Source: Thermoanaerobaculia bacterium (GTDB lineage: Bacteria; Acidobacteriota; Thermoanaerobaculia; Multivoradales; UBA5704). From it: 64,000 nucleotides of DNA. The notes under the pieces are model-generated. The model was given only the letters and a program-made list of their open reading frames with translations. It was not told the DNA's origin and made no database searches. Position 1 is the stretch's first letter. Every line of letters starts with the position of its first letter. Location of the stretch: positions 87,978 through 151,977 of the forward strand of contig DATMER010000050.1 of NCBI GenBank assembly GCA_035556715.1, written 5' to 3'. Position numbers and translations under genes: made by a program. Shown here piece by piece: positions 19,763 through 48,851 of the stretch.

Positions 19763-21352
19763 CTACTGCACCTGTTCCTTGGTCTTGAGGAACCGCACGT
19801 CCGGCCAGTCCTCGCCGGTGCTCTTGAGGTGCCAGGCGTTGCGGGCGAGGAAGACCGGAGAGCCGTTGTGGTCCTCGGCCAGGCTGCCGTATTGGGATTG
19901 GACGAAGCGCTTGAGGGCGAGCGGGTCGTCCGCCTCCACCCAGCGGGCGGTGAAGAGGGTGGTGCCCTCGAGCTGGGCGTCGATGTTGTACTCGGTCCGC
20001 AGGCGGTCGGCCAGCACGTCGAACTGGAGGGCGCCGGCCACGCCTACGATCCAGTCGGTCCCGATGTTCGGCCGGAAGACCTGCGCGGCCCCCTCCTCGG
20101 CGAGCTGGAGGAGGGCCCGGCCCAGGTGCTTGGCGCGCATGGGATCGACCGGCCGCACCTTCTTGAGCAGCTCGGGCGCGAAGCTCGGGATGCCCGTGAA
20201 GCGCAGTTCCTCCCCTTCGGTCAGGGCGTCGCCGATGCGCAGCGTGCCATGGTTCGGGATGCCGATGATGTCCCCGGCCCAGGCCTCCTCGGCCAGCTCG
20301 CGGTCCCGCGCCATGAACAGCACCGGGTTGTGGATCGCCATGGTCTTGCCGGTGCGGATGTGGTGCACCTTCATGCCGCGCTCGAACCGGCCCGAGCAGA
20401 GGCGGACGAACGCGACCCGATCGCGGTGCTTGGGGTCCATGTTTGCCTGGATCTTGAAGACGAAGCCGCTCACCTTGTCTTCGTCGGGCTCGACCAGCCG
20501 GGTGGTCGAGGGCTGCGGCCGCGGCGGCGGCGCCAGCTCGACCAGGCCGCCGAGCAGGTCGCGGACGCCGAAGTTGTTGAGCGCGCTGCCGAAGTAGACC
20601 GGCGTCAGGTGCCCTTCCCGGTACGACTCGAGGTCGAAAGCCGGGCACAGCGCGCGGGCCATCTCCACCTCTTCGCGCAGCCTGGCAAGGGCGTCGGCCG
20701 GCAGGCGCTCGTCGAGCTTCGGGTCGTCCAGCCCGTGAAAGGCCTCGCCCTCGGTCGCAATCGCGTTGCGGCCGCGCTCCAGGAGGAGGAGCCGGTCGCG
20801 GAACAGGTCGTAGCAGCCGAGGAAGCTCGCTCCCATGCCGATCGGCCACGAGGCCGGGGTGACGTTGAGCTGGAGCGAGGTCTCGATCTCGCCCAGCAGC
20901 TCATACGGGTCGCGCCCCTCGCGGTCCATCTTGTTGATGAACGTGATGATGGGGACGTCGCGCAGCCGGCAGACCTCGAACAGCTTGCGCGTCTGGGCCT
21001 CGATGCCCTTGGCCGCGTCGATGACCATGACCGCCGAGTCCACGGCGGTGAGGGTGCGGTAGGTGTCTTCGCTGAAGTCCTCGTGGCCCGGGGTGTCCAG
21101 GAGGTTGAAGGTGCACCCGTCGTAGTCGAAGGTCATCACGGAGGCGGTGACGGAGATGCCGCGCTCGCGCTCGACGTTCATCCAGTCGGAGCGGGCGCGG
21201 CGGGCGTCGCCGCGGGCCTTGACCGCGCCGGCGAGCTGGATGGCGCCGCCGAAGAGCAGCAGCTTCTCGGTGAGCGTGGTCTTCCCCGCGTCGGGGTGCG
21301 AGATGATGGCGAAGGTCCGCCGTTGCGAGACCGGGTCGTTCGGCTTGTGCAT
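19763..21352 (-). CDS. prfC: Peptide chain release factor 3 (GTPase)
   Basis: 529 aa with GTP-binding motifs AIISHPDAGKTT, DTPGHEDF and NKMD, plus PrfC-specific domains. Confidence 0.95.
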   Translation of the reverse strand: MHKPNDPVSQRRTFAIISHPDAGKTTLTEKLLLFGGAIQLAGAVKARGDARRARSDWMNVERERGISVTASVMTFDYDGCTFNLLDTPGHEDFSEDTYRTLTAVDSAVMVIDAAKGIEAQTRKLFEVCRLRDVPIITFINKMDREGRDPYELLGEIETSLQLNVTPASWPIGMGASFLGCYDLFRDRLLLLERGRNAIATEGEAFHGLDDPKLDERLPADALARLREEVEMARALCPAFDLESYREGHLTPVYFGSALNNFGVRDLLGGLVELAPPPRPQPSTTRLVEPDEDKVSGFVFKIQANMDPKHRDRVAFVRLCSGRFERGMKVHHIRTGKTMAIHNPVLFMARDRELAEEAWAGDIIGIPNHGTLRIGDALTEGEELRFTGIPSFAPELLKKVRPVDPMRAKHLGRALLQLAEEGAAQVFRPNIGTDWIVGVAGALQFDVLADRLRTEYNIDAQLEGTTLFTARWVEADDPLALKRFVQSQYGSLAEDHNGSPVFLARNAWHLKSTGEDWPDVRFLKTKEQVQ

Positions 21353-21392
21353 TGCGGTGGTGCTAACGTCTTGGCGGCTCGATTTGTTTCCG

Positions 21393-22739
21393 CTAGAGGC
21401 TCAGCCCCGAGCGCCGGATCAGCTCCGCCAGGTGGTGGTTCGACTGCCGGACGATCTCCCCGAGGTCCAGGTGGGTCAGCCGCCCGTCCTCGACCAGCAC
21501 CCGTCCGGCGACCAGGACGTGGCGGACCGCCGCCCGGGAGGCCCCAAAGGCCACGATGTCGTGGGGATCGGCCTGGGGGGCGGCCCAGAGCTCGGGCCGG
21601 GCCAGAGAGAGGACGGTGAGGTCGGCCGCCTTGCCGGGCTCGATGGTGCCGACTTCGTCCTGGAGGTTGAGCGCCCGCGCTCCCTCGCTGGTGGCGAGGC
21701 GCAAGGCGTCGAGGCCGGAGAAGGCATCCGGGCCGTGCTTGACCTTCTGGAGGAGGGCGGCGAGGCGGACCTCGTCCAGGTTGTCCAGGTGGTTGCAGCA
21801 GGCGGCGCCGTCGCAGCCCAGCCCCACGGGCACCCCGGCCCGGCGGATGGCGACGAGGTCGGCGATCCCCGAGCCGAGCTTGAGGTTGGAGCTGGGGCAA
21901 TGGACCACGCTCCAGCGCGCCGAGCGCGCCCGCTGGAGGTGTTCGGCCGTGAGCCAGACGCCGTGCGCCAGGCGCAGGTCCGTGGCGAGCAGCCCCTGGT
22001 CCGCGAAGTACTCGACCTCGTCCCGGCCGCCCTTGAGTTGGCGCACGGCCACGGTCTCGTCCTGCTGCTCCAGGGCATGGGTGTGGATGGGCCAGCCGTG
22101 CCGCAGGGAGAGGTCGCGGATCCCCTCCCAGAGCGGGTCCGAGCAGGTGAGGATGAAGCGGGGGTTGAGGGCGAAGCGGAGGAGGCCGTTGCTCGTTCCC
22201 TCGAAGCGGGCACCGGTGGACTCGGCATCGGCGAGGGCGCGGTCCGTGTCCTGGAGCATGGCGTCGGGCAGGGTGACGCCGCTGTCCATGAGGCAGGGAC
22301 CGGCAAAGGCTCGGAGGCCGGAGTCGGCGAGGGCGCGGAGGAGCCCCCCGGCGCCGGGGCCGATGCCGATGTCCTGGAGCGTGGTGGTGCCGCTCAGGAG
22401 GCACTCGGCCGCGCCGAGCAATCCACACCAGTAGGCGCTCTCGTCGTCGTGGGCGGCTTCGAGGGGCCAGATGCGCTCGCGCAGCCAGTCGAGGAGCCGC
22501 CGCCCCTCGGCGAGGCCGCGGAAGAAGGTTTGACCCAGATGAAGATGCCCCTGGATCAGACCGGGCAGCACGAGCGAGCCGGAGACGTCGAGCACGCGGG
22601 TGCCCGGCGGCAGGTCGAAGACGGGTCCAATATGGTGGATGCGTCCGCCATCCACGAGGATGTCGGCGCCGGGGAGCACGGTCGCCTGCGCGTCGAGGGT
22701 CAGGACGGTGCCCCCTCGCAGGAGGAGCGGGGAGGTCAT
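21393..22739 (-). CDS. Amidohydrolase-superfamily metal-dependent deaminase/chlorohydrolase-like enzyme (MtaD/SsnA/guanine-deaminase-like)
   Basis: Start trimmed to MTSPLLLRGGTVLTLD (ATG = RC of 22737-22739). HxH metal motif LIQGHLHLGQT. Downstream His/Asp ligand regions (HTHALE, HCPSSN, GLGCDGAA). Confidence 0.85.
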   Translation of the reverse strand: MTSPLLLRGGTVLTLDAQATVLPGADILVDGGRIHHIGPVFDLPPGTRVLDVSGSLVLPGLIQGHLHLGQTFFRGLAEGRRLLDWLRERIWPLEAAHDDESAYWCGLLGAAECLLSGTTTLQDIGIGPGAGGLLRALADSGLRAFAGPCLMDSGVTLPDAMLQDTDRALADAESTGARFEGTSNGLLRFALNPRFILTCSDPLWEGIRDLSLRHGWPIHTHALEQQDETVAVRQLKGGRDEVEYFADQGLLATDLRLAHGVWLTAEHLQRARSARWSVVHCPSSNLKLGSGIADLVAIRRAGVPVGLGCDGAACCNHLDNLDEVRLAALLQKVKHGPDAFSGLDALRLATSEGARALNLQDEVGTIEPGKAADLTVLSLARPELWAAPQADPHDIVAFGASRAAVRHVLVAGRVLVEDGRLTHLDLGEIVRQSNHHLAELIRRSGLSL

Positions 22740-23191
22740 GATGCCGAGGGCTCCTCCCAGGCGACCGCGTCGCCGACGCGGATCTCGCCTCCGTCCAGCA
22801 CCTGGGCGCAGGCACCGGCGCGCCAGTGGGGGCGGAGAGCGGACCGAAGGCCGAGAAAGGCCTCGTCCATCTGCTCGCACGGCGTGCACTCGCTCGAGAT
22901 GCGGAGCCGGCAGTCGCCGACGCGGAGCACCCGTCCGCGGGTGGCCTCCAGGTCGATGCCCGAGACCATGAGGTTGGCCCGCCGGGCGCTCGGCTCGACC
23001 CGCTCGCCGAGATCGGCGAGGGCCTCCGCCCAACCCTCCTCGGAGATCAGGGTAACCTGCCGCCGGCCCCCCTGGTTGGCGTTACCCGTGAGCCCCCGCC
23101 CGGACACGAGCGTAGCGGCCTCGCGCGGGTCCATGGGGCCGCGCTTGAAGCGCTTGAGCCAGATGGCGCTCAGGCGCCCGCCCGGCTTCAC
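22736..23191 (-). CDS. MOSC-domain protein (YiiM-like)
   Basis: C-terminal MOSC signature GDCRLRISSECTPCEQMDEAFLGL. GTG start overlaps the stop of the upstream gene (GTGA). Its stop overlaps the amidohydrolase ATG (ATGA). Confidence 0.7.
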   Translation of the reverse strand: MKPGGRLSAIWLKRFKRGPMDPREAATLVSGRGLTGNANQGGRRQVTLISEEGWAEALADLGERVEPSARRANLMVSGIDLEATRGRVLRVGDCRLRISSECTPCEQMDEAFLGLRSALRPHWRAGACAQVLDGGEIRVGDAVAWEEPSAS

Positions 23192-23955
23192 TTCGCCACC
23201 GGCTCCGGCGACGTGAACACCGTGTCCGGCAGGGTGTCGAAGACCGCGATGTCGGACAGCTCCAGCTTGCGGTCGCCGCCGACCTGGGCGCGGGTGGGGG
23301 CGAGGAGGATCTTCCCGTGCTTCTGCCAGCCCTGCCAGCGCCAGGCGGTCGGCTCGGTGGCCCGGGGCTGGTCCCCCTGCGCCTGGAGGAGGTAGGCCCA
23401 GCGGTCCATCAGGTGCGTGTCGCGGTTGATCCAGGCCCAGTACTCGTCGCCCGGAGTCAGGCCCACATTGCCGAAGGTCAGGTGGAGCTTGTCGTAGGTG
23501 TTGCCTTCGAGTTCCTCCGTCCCCTCGTAGGTGAGGTTCACCCCCGGGTCCTGGAGCTTGTAAGGCATCAGCAGCCAGTAGGTGTCGTTGATCCAGGCGC
23601 CGTAGGCCCGCTCCAGCCACTCCTTGGCTGCATCCCCCTCGGCCTTCTTGCCGTCCAGCCAAGCATCACCCTGCCTGGTGTTCAGGTTGTGGAGGACCAC
23701 GTACTTCTGCCCCTCCGGGGTCTGGCCCTCGACCCGGTGCCGGCCGGACCACTTGTCCCAGTGATGGGTGCGGCGGCCCGCGAAGGTGAAGCGGAGGAAG
23801 CGCGTGGCGTCCCACGCCTCCTTGCCGCCGAGGGCCTGCATCACCTGACCGGCCACGTCTGCGGCCGACGGCTGAGCCATCGCCGGCATGGCCGGCTGAG
23901 CCAGGACGGAGAGGAGGAGGACGGTTCCGGTAGCCAGCAGCGCGCGTTTAGCCAT
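23188..23955 (-). CDS. Hypothetical secreted protein (signal peptide, Trp-rich, no family recognised)
   Basis: Start trimmed to MAKRALLATGTVLLLSVLAQPAMPAMA with RBS AAGGAGA 7 nt upstream. The upstream ~330 codons of the listed ORF are antisense to the esterase gene and spurious. Confidence 0.65.
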   Translation of the reverse strand: MAKRALLATGTVLLLSVLAQPAMPAMAQPSAADVAGQVMQALGGKEAWDATRFLRFTFAGRRTHHWDKWSGRHRVEGQTPEGQKYVVLHNLNTRQGDAWLDGKKAEGDAAKEWLERAYGAWINDTYWLLMPYKLQDPGVNLTYEGTEELEGNTYDKLHLTFGNVGLTPGDEYWAWINRDTHLMDRWAYLLQAQGDQPRATEPTAWRWQGWQKHGKILLAPTRAQVGGDRKLELSDIAVFDTLPDTVFTSPEPVAK

Positions 23956-24048
23956 GACAGGGGTCTCCTTGGTTGGCGCGATGATCCTAATACAGCCCGG
24001 GCCCGCGGGTATGGAGGTGGCGGGGACTTCGCATATCCTTCCCCCGCC

Positions 24049-24717
24049 ATGGATGGGAAGCTCACCTACGCCGCTCACGTCCCCGAGGGGGATGGTCCCT
24101 TCTGCACCGTGATCCTGCTGCACGGTTGGGGCGCCAGCGCGCAGGACCTGCTCAGCTTCGCGCCCTACCTGCACGGTGGGAAGACCCTGGTGCTCTGCCC
24201 GCAGGGACCGGTCTCGATCCCGATCGGCTACGGGATGCGGGGCTATGGCTGGTTCCCGCTGGTCCCGGGGCAGCCCCCGGACGTCGAGGCCTTTCACCGG
24301 GGGGCCGACGCCCTGCGGGCTTTCATCCGGCAGGTGCTGGAGCACTATCCCATCGACCGGGAGCGGATGGTGATCATGGGATTCAGCCAGGGGGGGACGA
24401 TGGCCTACGACATCGCGCTGCGGGACCCCGCTCACTATGCCGGCATGGCGGCGCTGGCCTCCTGGTTCCCGGAGCCGCTCGCCGAGACCCTGCCGAAGCT
24501 GCCCGAGCACGAGGGCTTCCCCGTGCTGGTGATCCACGGCACGCACGACGACCGCATCGCGGTGGAGAAGGCCCGGAAGTCGCGCGAGTCCCTGCGCCCC
24601 TACGGCGTGGCCATGACCTATCGCGAGATCGAAGGCATGGGCCACGAGATCAACCAGGAGTCCCTGCGGATCATCATCAAGTGGCTCGACGAGAAGGCAT
24701 TCGGGCAGCAACGCTAA
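24049..24717 (+). CDS. Phospholipase/carboxylesterase-family alpha/beta hydrolase
   Basis: 222 aa from MDGKLTYAAHVPEGDGPFCTVILLHGWGA. Nucleophile elbow GFSQGG. C-terminal His motif region (VIHGTHDDRI ... EGMGHEI). Confidence 0.8.
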   Translation: MDGKLTYAAHVPEGDGPFCTVILLHGWGASAQDLLSFAPYLHGGKTLVLCPQGPVSIPIGYGMRGYGWFPLVPGQPPDVEAFHRGADALRAFIRQVLEHYPIDRERMVIMGFSQGGTMAYDIALRDPAHYAGMAALASWFPEPLAETLPKLPEHEGFPVLVIHGTHDDRIAVEKARKSRESLRPYGVAMTYREIEGMGHEINQESLRIIIKWLDEKAFGQQR

Positions 24718-24866
24718 ATCATTCATCTGCTGAAGGATAGCTCTCGTTCCCCGGGAGGGGCGGGAAGGATGATCGCATGTCCCGCGTTGGGGTCTGTGGG
24801 GCACCCGGAGATGTGAGGGTGCGTGGCGGGCGCAGGCCGGGTTTTGCGCAGAGTGGGGGCAAAGGG

Positions 24867-24902
24867 AACATCGGTCGGAGTATCGGTCGAAACATCGGGC
24901 CG
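24867..24902 (+). promoter_or_regulatory. Three contiguous 12-bp direct repeats (AACATCGGTCGG / AGTATCGGTCGA / AACATCGGGCCG), 40 bp upstream of the first gene of the NRPS-PKS operon; candidate regulator-binding site
   Basis: Perfectly phased 12-bp tandem units seen directly in the sequence. Position is immediately 5' of the RBS and ATG at 24942. Confidence 0.3.
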
Positions 24903-24941
24903 GTTTGCCGCTCGCCCGACCTCCAACGGAAAGGAGAGGCA

Positions 24942-25640
24942 ATGCAGGATATTACCGAGAGACTCGAGGAGAACCCGCTCCGCAAGGAGCTGATCCATCA
25001 TCCATTCTTCAAGGAGGTCCGTACCTCCGACCTCACCCGCGAGCAGGTCGGCGTGTTCCTGGGCCAGTGGTGGCATCCGCTGCACTACTTCCCGAACTTC
25101 CTGTCCCGCACCATCGACCAGGTGCCGGTGCTGGAGATGAAGACGGCGATCTGTAAGATCCTCTACCAGGAGCTCGGCGAGGGAGACCCGTCCCGAGCAC
25201 ATGAGCGTATGTACATCTCCACCATGAACGATGCGGGCTTCGACCGCGCCACCGTGGCCGAGGCGGCGCCTTTCGAGGAGACCCGCCGGCTGGTTCAGCG
25301 CTACGAGGAGGCCTCGGCCCAGCGCCTGAGCGCGCTCGGCTTCGTCTATGGCACCGAGGTGGCGGACCTCGCCATGGTGGCCGGGATCGGCAACGCCGTC
25401 CGCCGGGTCTCCCGGCTGGAGAACCTGCCCTGGGTGGACATCCACATCCTGCAGGAGCCGGATCACGTGGATCAGGCCAACGAGGCCCTGGAGGCCGGAT
25501 TCACGCCCGAGGAGGTGGAGACGATCGTGGCCAGCGCCGAGGAGATGTGGACCCTCTGGATCGCCTTCTTCAACCGCCTGCGCCAAGTGATGTTCGGAGA
25601 GGTCCCCGTGGAGGCCGAAGAGGTCCCCGTCACCGTGTGA
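24942..25640 (+). CDS. Heme-oxygenase-like fold, iron-containing redox enzyme family protein (HDO / Haem_oxygenas_2-like)
   Basis: 233 aa from MQDITERLEENPLRKELIHHPFFKEV (perfect RBS AAGGAGAGG). Helical protein with ELIHHPFF...LTREQVGVFLGQWWHPLHYFPNFLSR and E/H-containing helices typical of this family (recognition from memory). Confidence 0.6.
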   Translation: MQDITERLEENPLRKELIHHPFFKEVRTSDLTREQVGVFLGQWWHPLHYFPNFLSRTIDQVPVLEMKTAICKILYQELGEGDPSRAHERMYISTMNDAGFDRATVAEAAPFEETRRLVQRYEEASAQRLSALGFVYGTEVADLAMVAGIGNAVRRVSRLENLPWVDIHILQEPDHVDQANEALEAGFTPEEVETIVASAEEMWTLWIAFFNRLRQVMFGEVPVEAEEVPVTV

Positions 25641-25725
25641 ACCTGACAGGAGGGGGACGCCCGCGGGGCTCCCTCTCCTCCCCTGAGCTAGCCATGTCGT
25701 CTTTCCATCCGGAGGAACTCGCCCA

Positions 25726-44372
<18,647 letters not shown>

Positions 44373-44376
<4 letters not shown>

Positions 44377-47300
44377 GTGAGCTGGAAGGAATCGCGATCG
44401 TCGGCATCGCCGCCCGCTTCCCGGGCGCGCGCGACGCGGAAGAGCTGTGGCGCAACCTGCGCGATGGCATCGAGACCGTCTCGTTCTTCAGCGAAGAGGA
44501 GCTCGCCGCGGCCGGGGTCGACCCCGCGCTGCTGGCCGATCCGCGCTATGTACGCGCCAAGGGGTCGCTCGCGGACGCGGACCTCTTCGACGCCGCCTTC
44601 TTCGGCTTCACCCCGCGCGAGGCCGAGGCCATGGATCCGCAGCACCGGGTCTTCCTGGAGTGCGCCTGGGAGGCGCTGGAGGACGCCGGCTACGACCCGG
44701 AGCGGCCCGGCGGCCGCGTCGGCCTCTACGCCGGGTCCGGGATCAGCAGCTACCTGCTGCACAACCTGCTCCCGGACCCCGACCTGCCGGACACGCTCGG
44801 CGCTCTCCAGGCGGTGCTCCTGAACGACCGCGACTTCTTCGCCACCCGCGCCTCCTACAAGCTGAACCTGCGGGGGCCGAGCGTGTCGGTGCAGACCGCC
44901 TGCTCGACCTCGCTCGTGGCCGTCCACATGGCCTCCCAGAGCCTGCTGGGCGGGGAGTGCGACCTGGCGCTCGCGGGCGGGGTTTCGATCAGCTCGCCCC
45001 TGCGCACCGGCTACCTCTACCAGGAGGGGAGCGTGATGTCCCCCGACGGCCACTGCCGCGCCTTCGACGCCCGGGCTGGGGGCTCGGTCGAGGGCAACGG
45101 CTGTGGAGTCGTGGCGCTCAAGCGCCTCGCCGACGCGCTCGCCGACGGCGACCCCATCCACGCCGTGATCCGCGGCTCGGCGGTCAACAATGACGGCTCC
45201 GGCAAGGTCGGCTTCACGGCTCCCAGCGTGGAGGGCCAGGCCGAGGTGATCTCCGAGGCCCTGATGATGGCCGGGGTGGAGCCGGCCACGATCGGCTACG
45301 TCGAGGCCCACGGCAGCGGCACGCCCCTGGGGGACCCGATCGAGGTCGCGGCGCTGTCGCAGGCGTTCGCGGGCGCCGCTCCCGGCTCCTGCGCCCTCGG
45401 CTCCGTCAAGACCTCGATCGGCCACTGCAACACGGCGGCGGGCGTGGCCGGGCTGATCAAGGCGACCCTGGCGCTCGTCCATGAGACCCTGCCCCCCAGT
45501 CTCCACTTCGAGAGCCCCAACCCGGAGATCGCTTTCGACGGCAGCCCCTTCCAGGTCTGCGCGGAGGCCAGGCCCTGGGAGACGAACGGAGCGCCGCGCC
45601 GGGCGGGCGTCAGCTCCTTCGGCTTGGGCGGGACGAACGCCCACGCGGTCCTGGAGCAGGCGCCCGAGCCGGAGCCGGGAGACCCGCCTTCGCGGCCAGC
45701 GCAGCTCCTGGTTCTCTCGGCCCGCACTCCCACGGCCCGGGAAGCCGCGGCGGAGCGGTTGGCCGGCCATCTGGACGCTCACCCGGAGCTCTCCCTCGCG
45801 GACGTGGCCTGGACGCTCCAGGTGGGCCGCAAGGCGTTCGAGCACCGGCAGATCCGGGTGGGAGGCGATTGGATCGTGGGGCGGCGCCAGGAGAAGCCCG
45901 CGGTGGTTTTCCTCTTCCCGGGCCTTGGCGACCAGCACGTGGACATGGCCCGGGAGCTCTATGAGACCGAGCCGTTCTTCCGCGAGCAGGTGGACCTCTG
46001 CGCCGGCAAGCTCGATTTCAACCTCTTGGACGTGCTCTTCTCTCCGGGAGAATGGCGGCCGTCGGAGAAGAAGGCGCCGGACCTGCGCTCCATGCTCCGC
46101 CGCTCCCCGGAGACCACCCCTCTCCACGAGACCGTCTACGCGCAGCCGGCCTGCTTCGTGATCGAGTACGCCCTCGGCCGGCTGCTCATGGATTGGGGGA
46201 TCGAGCCCCAGGCCATGATCGGCTACAGCCTGGGCGAGTACGTGGCCGCCTGCCTCTCCGGAGCGCTTTCCCTGGACGACGCCCTGGAGCTGGTGACGCG
46301 GCGGGCGAAGCTGATCCAGGACCTTCCCGGCGGCGCCATGCTCGCCGTCCCCCTTCCCGAAGAGGAGGTCCGGCCGCTGCTGGTCGACGGCTTGTCCCTC
46401 TCCGCCACGAACGGCCCCCACTTCTGCGTGGTGGGCGGCCCCGCGGAAGCCGTGGAGGCGCTAGATCTGAAGCTGGGAGTGAGCAGCCTCCGGCTACGCA
46501 CCAAGCACGCCTTCCACTCTTCGATGATGGAGCCCGCCGTCGCCCCTTTCGCCGAGATCGCCCGCAAAGTGAGGATGCAGACGCCGCGCATCCCCTTCCT
46601 CTCGAACGTCACCGGGACCTGGATCACCGCGGACGATTTCGCCGACCCTGCGGACCCCGGATACTGGGCCCGGCACATGCGCAGCCCCGTGCGCTTCGCC
46701 GAAGGGATCGGCGAGCTGCTCCAGGACCCCGACCGTGTCTTCCTGGAGGTCGGTCCGGGCGCCACGCTCGGGACTCTGGTCAAGCAGCACCCATCGGCCA
46801 ACGCAAACCGGGTGACCATCCCCACCCTGCGCGAGGGCTCCGACCTGGAGGCGGTGCTGGAAGCCGTGGGCCGTCTCTGGATCGCGGGGGTGGAGATCGA
46901 CTGGCCGCGCTTCCATAACGGCGAGCGGCGGAGGCGCGTGCCGCTGCCGACCTACCCGTTCGAGCGCCAGCGCTTCTGGATCGATCCTCCGAAAGCCGCT
47001 CTGAAAACCTCCTCCGATCTCGCGGACTGGTTCTGGGTTCCATCCTGGAAGCAGGTGCCCCTCAAGGCGGCTGCACCCGAGCCCGGACGCTGGCTGATCT
47101 TCCTCGACGGCTTGGGATTGGGCGAGCGGATCGCGGACCGCCTGCGCCATGACGGACACGAGGTCTTCACCGTGGCGCGGGGGCAGGATTACGACCTTCG
47201 CGAGAGCCAGCCGGACCGGATCCTCCACGTGTGGGGGTTGACCGCGGAAGAGCCCGCCTTCGAGGAGGCCCAGGACGCGGGGCTCGTCAGCCTGACGCTC

Positions 47301-48824
47301 CTGACCCAGGCGCTGGCGGCGGTCGACAAGCCGATCCGGCTCTTAGTGGTCGCCAATGGCCTGCACGAGCTGGTGGATGGCGATCCCATCCACCCCGGCA
47401 AGGCCACCATCCTCGGCGCGCTCAAGGTCATGCACCAGGAGCTGCCGCGCCTGACCTGCGGCAGCGTGGACGTGACGCTCGCGCCCGGTCTTGAAGACCG
47501 CCTCCTCGCCGAATTCTCCACCCCCGTGGAAACCGCGGTGGCCCTGCGCGGCCGGCAGCGCTGGGTCCGCAGCTTCGAGCGCCTGCGCCTGCCCGAGGAA
47601 GACTCCCTGCTCGCGGAAGGGGCCGTCTACCTGATCGCCGACGCCGCGCACGGCCCCGGCATGGCCATCGCCGATCACCTGGTCCGCCGCCTGGACGCCC
47701 GGGTGGCGCTCGTCCTGCCGCCGGAATTCCCTCCGCGCGAGCGGTGGGAGACCTGGAAGGCGCTGCCGGAGGTGCCGCCCGGGCAGGACGTCATCGGCGC
47801 CGCCATCCTCCGGCTGCTCACCCTGGAGCGCGAGGTGGGGCTCGACCGCGTCCTCCTCTCCCGCGACCTGCGCTCGGCGTTCGCCGAAACGCGCGCCCGC
47901 TTCGGTCCTGTCCACGGCGCCTTCTACACCGGCGGCACCTTCGCGGGCGGCCTGCTCCAGCTCAAGAAGCCGGAGACCCTGCACGCCGTCCTGGACCCGG
48001 TGGCCCGGGGGGCGGAGGCGCTCCTGGAATCGGTCGACGCCGAGCCCGAGCCTCCGGCGTTCGTCCTGCTCTCCTCGACGAGCACCGCGGTCACGGGCGG
48101 CCTCGGGCAACTCGACGTGGCCGCGGCCGGCGGATACCTGGAAGCCCTGGCCGTGCGCCGCGAGGCGGAAGGGAAGGCCCACACCCTTTCCGTGCAGTGG
48201 GACCCCTACCACTGGGGAGCCTGGCTCGTGCTCGGCGTGGCCAGCGGCATGTCCGGGGTGGCGACGGAGGAGGTCCAGGCCAACCTGATGGCCCACGGCG
48301 TCACCGAGGAGAAGAGCGCGGACGCGCTCCGCCGTCTCCTCGCGAGCCCGCTCCCCCGTGTGGTCGTCTCCGGGCAGGACCTCCACGCCCTCATCGCGGA
48401 GACGGACAGCGTCACCGCCGACACCCTGCTGGCCCAGATCGCACCGGTCCGCCGCGGCGCCAAGGCGCAGCGCCCCGGTCTCGCGAGACCCTACGAGCCG
48501 CCGCGGGACGAGTTGGAGGAGAAGCTCGCCGCCATCTGGCAAGACCTCTTCGGCATCGAATCCATCGGCCGGGACGACGACTTCCTGGAGCTGGGAGGCC
48601 ACTCCCTCCTGGCGATCCAGGTGACCACGCAGGTCCATTCCCTCCTGCAGGCCGACCTGCCCGTCACCGCGCTCTTCGAGTCGCCCAACATCGCGGAGCT
48701 GGCCAAGGCCGTTCGCCGGGCGCGAGGAGAGGAGGACCCCGAGGAGCTGGAAGCCCTGCTGGCCATAATCGAAGGCCTCTCTCCGGAAGAGGCTGCGGCC
48801 CGGCTCGCGGAGCTGGAGGTGTAG
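44373..48824 (+). CDS. Type I polyketide synthase module KS-AT(malonyl)-KR-T
   Basis: ATGA-coupled to the NRPS. KS active-site motifs TACSTS, HGSGT, GHCNTAAG. AT with GYSLGE and the malonyl-type HAFH motif (KHAFHSSMM). KR-like domain with catalytic region SSTSTAV...AAAGGYLEAL. C-terminal carrier GGHSLLAIQV. Confidence 0.9.
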
Positions 48825-48851
48825 GGCTCGCTCGCGCCTATACTCCAACCT

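Noticed and set aside
18588-20849. 753-aa minus-strand ORF and 19443..20597 plus-strand ORF
   Set aside because: Alternate-frame and antisense artefacts over prfC and the hydrolase gene.
21147-23216. 689-aa plus-strand ORF and 21178..22815 minus-strand ORF
   Set aside because: Antisense and alternate frames of the amidohydrolase/MOSC operon, whose real frame carries HxH and MOSC motifs.
23317-24048. N-terminal 244 codons of ORF 23317..24717
   Set aside because: Spurious upstream extension, antisense to the secreted-protein gene. The esterase starts at MDGKLTY (24049) with a good hydrolase N-terminus.
47600-47660. Possible inactive KR because the NADPH motif reads GAVYLIADAAHGPGMA rather than GxGxxG
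   Set aside because: Not reported as a finding. A Rossmann-like G-P-G-M-A remains and the catalytic Tyr/Ser region (SSTSTAV...GGYLEAL) is present. Activity cannot be decided by eye.
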